DNA of 32,000 nucleotides from the NCBI RefSeq assembly GCF_017876815.1, contig NZ_JAGIOS010000002.1, forward strand, positions 330,001 through 362,000, given 5' to 3'. The notes under the pieces were generated by a model. That model worked only from the letters and a program-made list of their open reading frames with translations. It was not told the origin of the DNA and did not search any database. Shown piece by piece: positions 15,485 to 24,490 of the stretch; position 1 is the stretch's first letter; each line of letters starts with the position of its first letter. The translations under genes were made by a program, and so were the position numbers. The stretch is from Sinorhizobium meliloti. GTDB lineage: Bacteria > Pseudomonadota > Alphaproteobacteria > Rhizobiales > Rhizobiaceae.

Positions 15485-16696
15485 ATGGGGAACATCTCGC
15501 AATTCGCCGGAAAGACCAAGCCGACGCCGCACCGCATCGAGAGCGAGGAAGAGGCCCTGGCGATTGCAAGGGAGTTGGCGCTCCGGTTCTCCGATCGCGC
15601 CAGCGAGCGCGACCTGGAGCGCGTCCTTCCTCACGACGAACTCGACCAGTTGGCCCAATCGGGGCTGCTGGCGATCAGCATTCCATCGGAATACGAGGGC
15701 ATCGACGTCTCCAACGTCGTGCTTGCCGAGATCACGGCGATCCTGTCGGAGGCCGACAGCTCCATTGGTCAGATCCCGCAAGGCCACTTTTACGTCCTCG
15801 AGGCGCTGCGTCAGCATGCCACCGAAGAGCAGAAACAGTTCTTCTTCGGTCGCGCCATGGCAGGGGACCGCTTCGGCAGCGCACTTTCGGAAAGCGGCGA
15901 CAAGATCATCGGCGACGAGAAAACCCGGATCACCGGGAATGGCGCGGGCTACCGCATCAACGGCCGGAAGCAATATTGTACGGGCGTTCTCTTCGCCGAC
16001 TGGCTCGCGATCTCCGCGCTCGACGCCGCCGACCGCATGACCATGTCATTCGTTCCGCGCGCAGCGGACGGCGTCCGGATCATCGACGACTGGGACAGTT
16101 TCGGACAGCGCGTCACCGGCAGCGGCACCGCGGTCCTTGAGAAAGTTCATGTGGATCTCGGTTCTGTCGTGCCGCATCACCGCGGCTTCGAGCGACCGAA
16201 CACGGTCGGTTCCGTCGGCCAGATCATCCATGCCGGCGTCGATCTCGGAATCGCGCGGGCGGCCTTCCGGGAGACCCTCGATCTCGTCCGAGACGCGGCA
16301 GTTGCCAAGGGCAACGGCATGGAGCGGGCATCGGAGGATGCTTTGACGACCGCCAGGGTCGGCGAAGTCGCAATACGCCTCGAGGCGGCCACCGCGCTCA
16401 TCGAGCATGCCGGTCGCAAGGTCGATACCGCTCAGGTCGATCCGACCGAGGAACACGCGGTCGAAGCCAGCCTCTCGGTTACCGCCGCCAAGGTCCTTGC
16501 CGCCGAGGCCGCACTGGAGGCAGCCAATGCGCTTTTCGATCTCGTCGGCTCCGCCTCTGCCAAAGTCGCGCTCAATCTCGACCGCTATTGGCGCAACGCC
16601 CGCGCCCACGCACTGCAGGACCCGGTGCGCTGGAAACATCACCTCGTCGGCAACTACCACCTCAAGGGCGTAAAGCCGCGCGGCGGGCTGCTGTGA
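15485..16696 (+). CDS. SfnB-family sulfur-acquisition oxidoreductase (acyl-CoA-dehydrogenase fold, DszC/SfnB-like flavin monooxygenase)
   Basis: The sequence has IPQGHFYVLEALRQHATEEQKQFFFG, DDWDSFGQRVTGSGT, LDRYWRNARAHALQDPVRWKHHLVGNYHL and the C-terminal PRGGLL tail typical of SfnB-type proteins. I prefer the ATG at 15485 (GGAGGG 7 nt upstream). The alternative ATG at 15464 would add 7 aa. Confidence 0.8.
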   Translation: MGNISQFAGKTKPTPHRIESEEEALAIARELALRFSDRASERDLERVLPHDELDQLAQSGLLAISIPSEYEGIDVSNVVLAEITAILSEADSSIGQIPQGHFYVLEALRQHATEEQKQFFFGRAMAGDRFGSALSESGDKIIGDEKTRITGNGAGYRINGRKQYCTGVLFADWLAISALDAADRMTMSFVPRAADGVRIIDDWDSFGQRVTGSGTAVLEKVHVDLGSVVPHHRGFERPNTVGSVGQIIHAGVDLGIARAAFRETLDLVRDAAVAKGNGMERASEDALTTARVGEVAIRLEAATALIEHAGRKVDTAQVDPTEEHAVEASLSVTAAKVLAAEAALEAANALFDLVGSASAKVALNLDRYWRNARAHALQDPVRWKHHLVGNYHLKGVKPRGGLL

Positions 16697-16783
16697 GGAC
16701 GAACGTTCGCGTTGATGACTTCAAGGTGTGGACGTTAACCAATGTCTGCCGCGGGGGGACCGCATCCTCCGCCCTCATCCCTG

Positions 16784-16811
16784 TGCTGTCACAGGGATGA
16801 GAGCGCCGCGT
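16784..16811. repeat. REP-like perfect hairpin, family B (CTCATCCCTGTG-ctgt-CACAGGGATGAG)
   Basis: 12-bp perfect inverted arms with a 4-nt loop. Related copies lie at 16864-16887 and 30087-30115. Confidence 0.8.
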
Positions 16812-16863
16812 CTGCGGTGCGGAAGAGTGTTTTTTCAGCCCAAGGACTTGGGCTGGCTGGATA

Positions 16864-16887
16864 CCTGTGACAGGCACAGGCATGAGG
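16864..16887. repeat. REP-like hairpin, family B, shorter copy (CCTGTG-acagg-CACAGG followed by CATGAGG)
   Basis: It shares the CACAGGNATGAG half with 16800-16811 and 30104-30115. Confidence 0.65.
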
Positions 16888-16964
16888 CGTTGGGGAGGAG
16901 TGGCGTTACACCGATGTAGCGGGTATGCAAGCCCGGCTTATAAGAGGTATCGAAGGGGCCGCGC

Positions 16965-17420
16965 TCAGCCCGCTTCGCTGAGAAGCGGGGCTACGGCGGC
17001 CTCTCTCTCGCTTGCTGCAAATTGCGCGAGCGTCATGTTGTCGAGGATGTCGGCCACGGCATCGCGCACGACGATCATCGAACGGCGCACGTGACAGGTT
17101 TCCGGGTCCGAACAGTCGTCGCAGACTTCATAGGCCGTGCGGCTCGCACAGCGGATCGGCGCCAGCGGCCCGTCGAGCGTCCGGATCACCTGACCGACGC
17201 GGATCTCGGATGCGGGCCGCGCCAGCGCGTAGCCGCCGCCCGGGCCTTTCTTCGAGCGAAGAAAGCCGGCATTCCTGAGTTCGAGCATGATCGTGTCGAG
17301 AAACTTCTTCGGCAAGTTGTTGCGAAGGGCGATTTCCGTGATGAAAGCCGTTTCGCCCGGCTGAAGCTGGGCAAGATCGACCATCGCCTTCAAACCGTAC
17401 TTTCCTTTTTTTGTCAGCAT
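16965..17420 (-). CDS. Rrf2-family transcriptional regulator (putative Fe-S cluster binding, 4 Cys)
   Basis: From the ATG at 17420: MLTKKGKYGLKAMVDLA...ITEIALRNNLPKKFLDTIMLELRNAGFLRSKKGPGGGYALARP, the Rrf2 winged-helix signature. This is followed by C-X8-C-X2-C-X5-C. The 26-aa extension in the track (start 17498) is not Rrf2-like. Confidence 0.88.
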   Translation of the reverse strand: MLTKKGKYGLKAMVDLAQLQPGETAFITEIALRNNLPKKFLDTIMLELRNAGFLRSKKGPGGGYALARPASEIRVGQVIRTLDGPLAPIRCASRTAYEVCDDCSDPETCHVRRSMIVVRDAVADILDNMTLAQFAASEREAAVAPLLSEAG

Positions 17421-17742
17421 GAGAACATCGCTTTCGAGAAGGATCGCGGCAAACGAGAAAAGCACGCGATCTTTATCGCGACCGCGACCCAGACACATCG
17501 ATCCCGATCACGCGGATCGTCCAATTCTCGAGAGCCAAGTGCCGTTTCCCAGCCTGCCGAGCCAATCTGCCACGGCTCGCTTACTTCGGCATCCTAGGAT
17601 TCAGTTATAGATCAAGCCTAAAGTGGCGGCAAGGAAATCAATTCACCTGCTACATAGATTTACTCTAATTAGCGCCGCATATCGCATCAAAAAACGGCGC
17701 AGTGCGAAACGAATTGTGAGTTCTTCTGCTGCCGCCGGGCTC

Positions 17743-19173
17743 TCAGCGCCTTTTGCGCGCCTTCGACTCGAAGGGATTCTCCGACGCTCGGAAATGCACG
17801 CGGATCGGCACGCCCGGCAGGTCGAAGTCGTTTCGCAATCCGTTGATGAGGTATCGGGTGTAGGACTCCGGCACCGCCTCGGGGCGTGTGCAGGAAATCA
17901 TGAAACCCGGTGGCCGCGCCTTGACCTGCGTCATGTATTTGAGCTTGAGGCGGCGGCCCGAGACGGCCGGCGGGGGATGCTGCACCTGCTGCGATTCCAG
18001 CCACCGGTTGAGGCGCGCCGTGGAAATGCGCCGGTTCCAGACCTTGTCCGTTTCGATGATGGCCTGCATGAGCCGGTCGAGGCCATAACCGGTGTGCCCG
18101 GAAATCGGCACTGCACGGATGCCGCGCGCCTGCGGCAACAGCCGCTCGGTCTTTTCGCGCAAGTCTACAAGCAGTGCCTGCCAGTTCTCGACGAGATCCC
18201 ATTTGTTGAAGGCAAGCACGGCTGCACGCCCCTCGCGCAGCACCAGATCGACGATCTGCAGGTCTTGCTTCTCGAAAGGGACCGTGGCGTCGAAGACGAT
18301 GACGACGGTCTCGGCGAAGCGGATCGCCCGCAACGCATCCGCAACAGAGAGCTTTTCGAGCTTCTCCTGAACCTTCGCCTTGCGGCGCATGCCGGCCGTA
18401 TCGAACATCTTTATCGTGCGGCCGCGCCAGTCCCATTCGACGGAGATGGAGTCGCGGGTAATGCCCGCCTCCGGCCCCGTCAGCAGCCGGTCTTCGCCAA
18501 GGAACCGGTTGATCAGGGTCGACTTTCCGGCATTCGGCCGGCCGACGATCGCCACCCGGAGCGGCTTGGTTTCGTCATAGGCGGGCTCGACCTCTTCGTC
18601 CTCGGTACCTTCACCGGCAGCGGGGCGGATATCCACATTCGTCTCGGCAACGTCTTCCGCTGGCGGGAACGCCCTCTCCTCGCCGAGTGCGGCGACGATC
18701 GCGTCGCGCAGATCGAGCATGCCCTGGCCGTGTTCGGCCGAGATCGGGCAGGGTTCACCGAGGCCGAGCGTGAAGGCGTCGTAAAAGCCGCCCTCGGAGC
18801 CGCGGGCCTCGGATTTGTTGGCGACGACGACGACGGGCTTGCCCCGGCGGCGCAGCATCTCGGCGAGCGTCTGATCTGCCGGCGTCAGGCCCGCCTTGGC
18901 ATCGACGACGAAGAGCGACAGATCCGCCTCATCGATGGCCGCCTCGGTCTGCGCCCACATCCGCCCCTGCAGGCTGTCAGGTGACGATTCCTCGAGACCG
19001 GCCGTATCGATGATGCGGAACTTGAGGTCGACCAGCTTCGCGTCGCCCGGACGCCGGTCGCGGGTAACCCCCGGCGTATCGTCGACGAGCGCCAGCTTCT
19101 TGCCAACCAGGCGGTTGAACAAGGTGGACTTGCCGACATTTGGGCGCCCGATAATGGCGACGGTGAAGCTCAT
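17743..19173 (-). CDS. der: Ribosome-biogenesis GTPase Der (EngA), two tandem GTPase domains plus a KH-like domain
   Basis: 476 aa. [22 protein letters not shown] and a second G1 motif, [20 protein letters not shown] occurs twice and NKSE/NKWD are present. C-terminal tail PIRVHFR. Confidence 0.95.
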   Translation of the reverse strand: MSFTVAIIGRPNVGKSTLFNRLVGKKLALVDDTPGVTRDRRPGDAKLVDLKFRIIDTAGLEESSPDSLQGRMWAQTEAAIDEADLSLFVVDAKAGLTPADQTLAEMLRRRGKPVVVVANKSEARGSEGGFYDAFTLGLGEPCPISAEHGQGMLDLRDAIVAALGEERAFPPAEDVAETNVDIRPAAGEGTEDEEVEPAYDETKPLRVAIVGRPNAGKSTLINRFLGEDRLLTGPEAGITRDSISVEWDWRGRTIKMFDTAGMRRKAKVQEKLEKLSVADALRAIRFAETVVIVFDATVPFEKQDLQIVDLVLREGRAAVLAFNKWDLVENWQALLVDLREKTERLLPQARGIRAVPISGHTGYGLDRLMQAIIETDKVWNRRISTARLNRWLESQQVQHPPPAVSGRRLKLKYMTQVKARPPGFMISCTRPEAVPESYTRYLINGLRNDFDLPGVPIRVHFRASENPFESKARKRR

Positions 19174-19186
19174 CTTTACATCCGTG

Positions 19187-19231
19187 CTAAAGCGCCTCGC
19201 GTTCAGTGGAATTCACGCGACGCGCTTTAAG
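19187..19231. repeat. REP-like long hairpin between the der start and the upstream TPR gene
   Basis: CTAAAGCGC (19187-19195) pairs with GCGCTTTAAG (19222-19231). The inner pair is TCGCGT (19197-19202) with ACGCGA (19215-19220). The downstream segment TCCGAAAACCGCTAGGCACTTCGG (about 19257-19280) resembles the family-A core GGCGGAAAACCGCACACACTTTTC. Confidence 0.65.
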
Positions 19232-19296
19232 TTTCTGTTTTTGTGCATGCCGCTATCCGAAAACCGCTAGGCACTTCGGGCGACATGCTTCTAGCG

Positions 19297-19965
19297 TCAG
19301 GCCTTGCCCGTCGACGCGATCACATCCAGCAGCATCTGCGCCCGATTCATGATGCCGCGCGGGCTTTGCGCGTCGTCGACGATCTGCTGGAACCAGCTCT
19401 TCGCCTTGGCATAGTCACCGGCCTTGTAGGCCGAAAGGCCAAGCGCCTCGCGCGCCGAATGACGCATGGCATTCTGCGGAACGGCCAGTTGCTCGACCTC
19501 GGATGACACCTGCTCGTAGGTTCCCGCATCGATAAGCAGATAAGCCGCTCGCAGCCGAGCCGCATCGCGGAGCGCGGCCGGAATACGCGTATCCCTGCCG
19601 ATCCCGGAGAACGCGGCGACTGCCGCATCCGTTTCACCCTTTTGCGCCTGCAGCGTCGCAACGCGCAGCTGCGCCAGAACCGGATAGGATCCGTAACCGT
19701 CCTTCTCGAGCTCCGTCAGAGCGGCGAGCGCCTCGTCCGACTTGTTCTCCCGGGCAAGGTTGAGCGCCGCGAGGAAGGTGTCGCCCGATTGCGACGAGGA
19801 GGCCTCCTGCCAGTAATCGTATCCGACCTTGCCGACGGTGCCGAGCACGATCAGAACGGCAATCCCGATGATGATGCCGCCGAAGCGCGTCCAGACGGCC
19901 TTCATCTGGTCCGAGCGGAGTTCGTCATTGACCTCGCGGATAAAGCTGTCGTCCTGGTTTACCAT
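19297..19965 (-). CDS. YfgM-like TPR membrane protein (N-terminal TM anchor plus TPR_21-type periplasmic domain)
   Basis: 222 aa. IREVNDELRSDQMKAVWTRFGGIIIGIAVLIVLGTVG is followed by TPR-like helices. It sits immediately upstream of der, as yfgM does in many proteobacteria. Confidence 0.65.
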   Translation of the reverse strand: MVNQDDSFIREVNDELRSDQMKAVWTRFGGIIIGIAVLIVLGTVGKVGYDYWQEASSSQSGDTFLAALNLARENKSDEALAALTELEKDGYGSYPVLAQLRVATLQAQKGETDAAVAAFSGIGRDTRIPAALRDAARLRAAYLLIDAGTYEQVSSEVEQLAVPQNAMRHSAREALGLSAYKAGDYAKAKSWFQQIVDDAQSPRGIMNRAQMLLDVIASTGKA

Positions 19966-20050
19966 GTCCCGTCCCGGCCGCCCGGCCTGATCTGAAGAAG
20001 TTGGCGCGTTCTACCCGATTTTACGCCTGATGTAAGGGGGAGATCGACAT

Positions 20051-20635
20051 TTAGAGGACGACCGGCTGAACGCCTATCAGAAGTTCATGCAGCTTCCAGA
20101 CGAAGAGCACAAAGGCGACGAGGCCGATAACGACCGCCAGGACGTCGTTGCGCGCCGATTTGAACACGGGAAGCACCTTCTCGCCCGCGCGCTCGCGCCG
20201 TTTCAACGAGATGCGCAGGATCACCGCCCAGGCGAGAAAGGAACCGAAGAGCAGGACCGAGGACGTCTCGCCATTCGCAAGGAGGTGCGCCAGCGCCCAT
20301 ATCTTGATCGAGAGGACCTGCGGATGCTTCAGTGCGACGGCGATGCGGCCCGCCGGCAGGAAGCCGGCGGCAAGCACGATGAAGGCGACGAGCATCAGCA
20401 GAAGGGCGATATGGCGCAGGAATATCGGCGGATCGTAGAGCATGCCCGTTTCGCCACGCGCCTGACCGAAGCCGTAGATGATCAGACAGAGGCCGACGAG
20501 GCTGACGATCGTATAGAGCCCCATCCATGTGCCCTTGCCACGGCTGTCGATGATGCCGGCACGAAAGCCGGGCGCAACCACGCGGACGAGGTGCATGCTG
20601 AGAAATATGATGATGCCGAGAACGAGTATGGCCAT
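20051..20635 (-). CDS. nnrU: NnrU-family integral membrane protein
   Basis: 194 aa with 5-6 TM helices. The motif KHPQVLSIKIWALAHLLANGETSSVLLFGSFLAWAV closely matches the NnrU-family signature (HP...K.WA.AHLLANG....LLFG.FL.WA). Confidence 0.72.
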   Translation of the reverse strand: MAILVLGIIIFLSMHLVRVVAPGFRAGIIDSRGKGTWMGLYTIVSLVGLCLIIYGFGQARGETGMLYDPPIFLRHIALLLMLVAFIVLAAGFLPAGRIAVALKHPQVLSIKIWALAHLLANGETSSVLLFGSFLAWAVILRISLKRRERAGEKVLPVFKSARNDVLAVVIGLVAFVLFVWKLHELLIGVQPVVL

Positions 20636-20794
20636 GGGTCACCGCTTGTTTGAGATGTCGGGCCGCTACAGCGCCGCGCTTTGCCGATCCACCTCACTAC
20701 GCACTACCTTCGATAGCGCCTATTTTCCAGCCCAATCAAAGGATTGCCGCAATTTCCGGACAACTGCGACGAAACCAAACGTCACAGTTGAAAC

Positions 20795-21799
20795 ATGATT
20801 CGTATTTTCCTGGCTTTATCACTCGCTCTTTTTCCCGCTCTCGCCCTAGCCGATCCGCCGCCGGCACCCCCGTCGCCGAATGGCAAACAGCTTGTAGTCA
20901 TCTCCTTCGACGGCGCGCACGACAACGCGCTTTGGGAGAAAAGCCTTGCCATGGCAAGGCGAACGGGCGCGCATTTCACCTATTTCCTCTCCTGCACCTT
21001 CCTGATGACGAAGGCCGACGGGAAGCAGACCTACCGGGCGCCCGGACAGAAGCAAGGACGTTCGAATGTCGGCTTCGCACAAAGCCGCGAAGAGCTCGCT
21101 GTCCGCGTCGGCCACATCTGGCAGGCGCATCGCGAAGGTCACGACCTCGGCAGCCACGCCTGCGGCCATTTCGACGGCAAAGGCTGGAGCAAGGCCGATT
21201 GGGAGCGGGAGTTTTCCGCCTTCCGCGTGGCGCTCGCCGAAGCCTGGAAGAAAGCCGGCAAGCCGGAGGCCGAGCCGGAAGGCTGGGCCGATTTCGCGAA
21301 GAACGACATCAAGGGCTTTCGCGCACCCTACCTGTCACTCAGCGACGGCCTGGTGCCTGCACTCGAGGCGTTCGGTTTCAGCTATGATGCGAGCCTCGTG
21401 ACCAAAGGGCCCGGCTGGCCCAGCTTCGTCGGCGGTCTGCCGCGCTTCGGCCTGCCGCTCATTCCCGAAGGTCCTTCCCACCGGCCGGTTATCGGCATGG
21501 ACTACAATCTCTTCGTCCGCCATTCGATGGGTGTCGAGAACAAACGCGACAGCGCCCGCTTCGAGGAGCGGACGCTTGCGGCTTTCCGCAATGCCTTCCG
21601 GAAGGAATATGAAGGCAAGCGGATCCCTCTTCAGCTCGGCTTCCACTTCGTGGAAATGAACGGCGGCGCCTATTGGCGGGCGCTCGATCGCTTTCTCTCG
21701 GAAACCTGCAGCAAGCCGGAGGTCGCCTGCGTCAGCTATGCCGAGGCGTTGCCGATTATCGAGGCTGCGAGAAGGAAGGCGGATCGCTCCGCCTTCTGA
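20795..21799 (+). CDS. Secreted polysaccharide deacetylase family protein
   Basis: 334 aa. Signal peptide MIRIFLALSLALFPALALA|D. VVISFDGAHDN and HDLGSHACGHF match NodB-type/polysaccharide deacetylase metal-binding motifs. No obvious SD. Confidence 0.72.
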   Translation: MIRIFLALSLALFPALALADPPPAPPSPNGKQLVVISFDGAHDNALWEKSLAMARRTGAHFTYFLSCTFLMTKADGKQTYRAPGQKQGRSNVGFAQSREELAVRVGHIWQAHREGHDLGSHACGHFDGKGWSKADWEREFSAFRVALAEAWKKAGKPEAEPEGWADFAKNDIKGFRAPYLSLSDGLVPALEAFGFSYDASLVTKGPGWPSFVGGLPRFGLPLIPEGPSHRPVIGMDYNLFVRHSMGVENKRDSARFEERTLAAFRNAFRKEYEGKRIPLQLGFHFVEMNGGAYWRALDRFLSETCSKPEVACVSYAEALPIIEAARRKADRSAF

Positions 21800-21807
21800 T
21801 GCCGCCG

Positions 21808-23070
21808 TTACAGAGCCAGCTCTTCCTTACCGCCAGCGTCGATGAACTGCCGGTCGATTTCCGGCAGCGGCTCGTCGACCAATACCGACTCAAAGGCTTT
21901 AAGGCGTTTGTAGATCGACAGGAGCTCGACGATCGTCGTCCAGGAATTGACGAGATACTGGAAGGACTCCCGCACCTGCCCGAACACATTCAGGACCTGG
22001 TTCATGACGCCGAGTGTGAGCTTTCCCGCCACGATTGCCGGGACCAGCACGAAAGTGCCGAAGAGATTGTCGGCCTGCAGGTAGAAAATGCGGGCAATAT
22101 TGAAGTACATGTAATGGAAATACAGGCGAAAATAGTTGCGCCTGACATTGTCGAAGAGCTGTGCGAGCGTTATCGGATCGGCACGGTCTTCGTGGTCCTC
22201 GCCATAGACCAGTTCCTTCCGGTATGCGGCTTCGACGCGCTGATTGCGAAATTCCAGTCCCGGAAGCTTGATGCCGACTGCGGCCAGGAAAACCGTACCA
22301 AAGACCGACCAGAATACGGCCGCCCAGACAAGGGCGTGCGGTATCTCGCCGACAATGGGCAGGACGTTCACCTGTTCGGAAAACTTGAAGAGTACCGGGA
22401 GAAAGGCGATCAGCGTCATGATAGAGCTGACGAGACCAACACCCAGCCTCTCGACTGTGCTGGAGAAACGCATCGTGTCCTCTTGCACACGCTGCGATGC
22501 GCCTTCGACGTGGCGCAGTCTGGGCCAATGCGCGACATAAAATTCGTTCATCGCCGTGCGCCAGCGAAAGATGTAATGGCTGACGAAAAAGAGGTTGAGC
22601 ACACCGACCGTCACCGCCACGAAGGCTATTCCCGAAAATCCGATCATTCCCGAATAGAGCTGCCCTGCTGTGACCGGCGCCGTACGCGCCAGCGCCTGCT
22701 GGATCAAATCATAGAAAGGGCCGTACCACGCGTTGATCGCGACGCTGACCTGAACCGAAAAATAGGTATTGAAAATGATCAGAGCCGTGCCGAGTACCGA
22801 CCAATACTGCCACCGATGCGGGCTGTAGGCGAACCAGAACGCTGCGAATAGCCCTGCGACCACCGCATAATAGATGTAAAACCAAAGAAAAGGGGTGGAC
22901 CAGAAAACGGACACGCCGATGACGGGTTCCTGTCCTGGAGGAAGCGGCGGCAAGCCCAGGTAGGCGCCAATGTCCCGCCCCCCGGCATACCAGGCAAGGA
23001 CGGCGAGCAGGCTCCAGACGGCGGAAGATATGAAAAACAGCTTCGGCTTGGGGAAGAAGGATTGGAACAA
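21808..23070 (-). CDS. bacA: BacA/SbmA peptide-uptake inner-membrane transporter
   Basis: 420 aa. Collinear with E. coli SbmA from the first residues ([13 protein letters not shown] vs MFKSFFPKPGTFF), through [85 protein letters not shown] and [16 protein letters not shown]. The start codon at 23070 is TTG. Confidence 0.95.
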
Positions 23071-23221
23071 GGGACGGCACTCTCGTTTCGGGGGGTCAAG
23101 GACTTGCGTCCTGATGCGCCGAAACTAGGGCAATTCACATTCCGCAACAATTACGGAATGCGAATGTTACTGTTATTTCATGCGGCTGCCGACGCTGCCT
23201 GCCCGGCTTAGTGAGCACCCG

Positions 23222-24490
23222 TCATCGTGCCAAAGCTTCATTTATCCTGCGCAATTCGGCGAGAACGACGATCCCGCAGATCATGAGAACGACGGCCGCG
23301 ACCAAGGTCGGCAAAGCGTAGCTTCCGGTCCGCTCCGCGAGCCAGCCGGCGACCAGCGGCCCAAGGATCTGGCCGATCCCGAAGGCGGCGGTCATGAAGG
23401 CGAGTGCCCGGCGCGGGCTTTCGGGGGCGAGTTGCCGGCCGATCTGCAGGCCATAGGCCGTGACCATCATGAAGGTGGCGCCCAGCATCAGCCCGCCGAC
23501 GAGCGGCGCATAAGGCGAGGGCAAGGAGACCGTCAGCACGAGGCCGACCGCCTCGACCAGCAGGCCGATCGCATAGACGCCGGCCAGCTCGAAGCGCGGC
23601 ACGGCGAAGCGCCAGAGATAGACCGACAGGGCGCCGCTGACTCCGGTGATCAGCCAGGCAAGGAACTCGACGCTGTGGCCGCCGCTTGCGTCGCGCGCCA
23701 TGGCGACGAGGAAGGTGGCGGTGATCACGTAGCCGAAACCGAAAAACCCATAGGTGAGCGTCATCGCCATGAGCGGCCGCGAACGGACGAGCGGCACCTC
23801 CGGTCGGCCGCCATTGGCGGCATGACGGCTCGCCGGCAGCAGCGCGGCGACCAGGACAGTGCCCGCCAGCGCAACCAGCGCGCCCACGAACCAGTCGGCC
23901 TGCGACATCGAAAGGCCCGCGACACCTGCGAGCGGCGCAACCCAGACGGCGATAGAGGAAAGCGCGATGCCGAAACCGACGCCGCCGAAATGCACCGACG
24001 GCACGTGCTCGGACCTGGCGGCGAGCCCCTGCCCCAGCACTATCCCCGAGATGAAGACCATCGCAAAGGCGCTCGCCAGACCCGCAAGAAAGCGGATGAT
24101 GGAATAGGCGAGCACCGAGGATGTAAGTCCCATAGCGGCCAGCAGCAGGGTCGTCGCGACGAGCGCCGCGAGACCGACCCCGCGTTCGCGGCCGTGGGCC
24201 CAGCCATAGCCGGCAAGCACCGCGCCTGCGAGATATCCGATGAAATTCGCCGAGGCGACGAGACCTGCATCACCAGGCGAAAGGCCGGTGTCGGTCATCA
24301 TCGCCGGCAGGATGGGCGTATAGGAGAACCGGCCGAAGCCCATGGCCACCGCCATGGCGACCGCACCGGCGATCGCGATCGCTGCGAGACTTCCGCTCGA
24401 ACCGCTGCCGGCGGTCTCGAAGCCGCTCGGCTCTGTCGAGTGCCTCGACCCTGGTTCGCTACGGTCCTGCCGTCTCTGGAGAGTGCTCAT
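23222..24490 (-). CDS. MFS transporter, YbfB/YjiJ family
   Basis: 422 aa with 12 predicted hydrophobic segments. The N-terminal motif AVAMGFGRFSYTPILPAMM is typical of the YbfB/YjiJ subfamily. The first ~30 aa are hydrophilic, so the true start could be further downstream. Confidence 0.75.
   Translation of the reverse strand: MSTLQRRQDRSEPGSRHSTEPSGFETAGSGSSGSLAAIAIAGAVAMAVAMGFGRFSYTPILPAMMTDTGLSPGDAGLVASANFIGYLAGAVLAGYGWAHGRERGVGLAALVATTLLLAAMGLTSSVLAYSIIRFLAGLASAFAMVFISGIVLGQGLAARSEHVPSVHFGGVGFGIALSSIAVWVAPLAGVAGLSMSQADWFVGALVALAGTVLVAALLPASRHAANGGRPEVPLVRSRPLMAMTLTYGFFGFGYVITATFLVAMARDASGGHSVEFLAWLITGVSGALSVYLWRFAVPRFELAGVYAIGLLVEAVGLVLTVSLPSPYAPLVGGLMLGATFMMVTAYGLQIGRQLAPESPRRALAFMTAAFGIGQILGPLVAGWLAERTGSYALPTLVAAVVLMICGIVVLAELRRINEALAR

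Noticed and set aside
17690-17742. GCGCCG-N17-CGGCGC hairpin just after der, as a der terminator.
   Set aside because: On the der (minus) strand the T6 run lies inside the loop, not after the stem, so it is not a canonical intrinsic terminator. I left it unannotated.
21797-21810. The 8-bp gap between the convergent stop codons of the deacetylase gene and bacA, as a special feature.
   Set aside because: It only shows that there is no room for terminators. There is no sequence structure to interpret. Tight convergent packing is common in these genomes.
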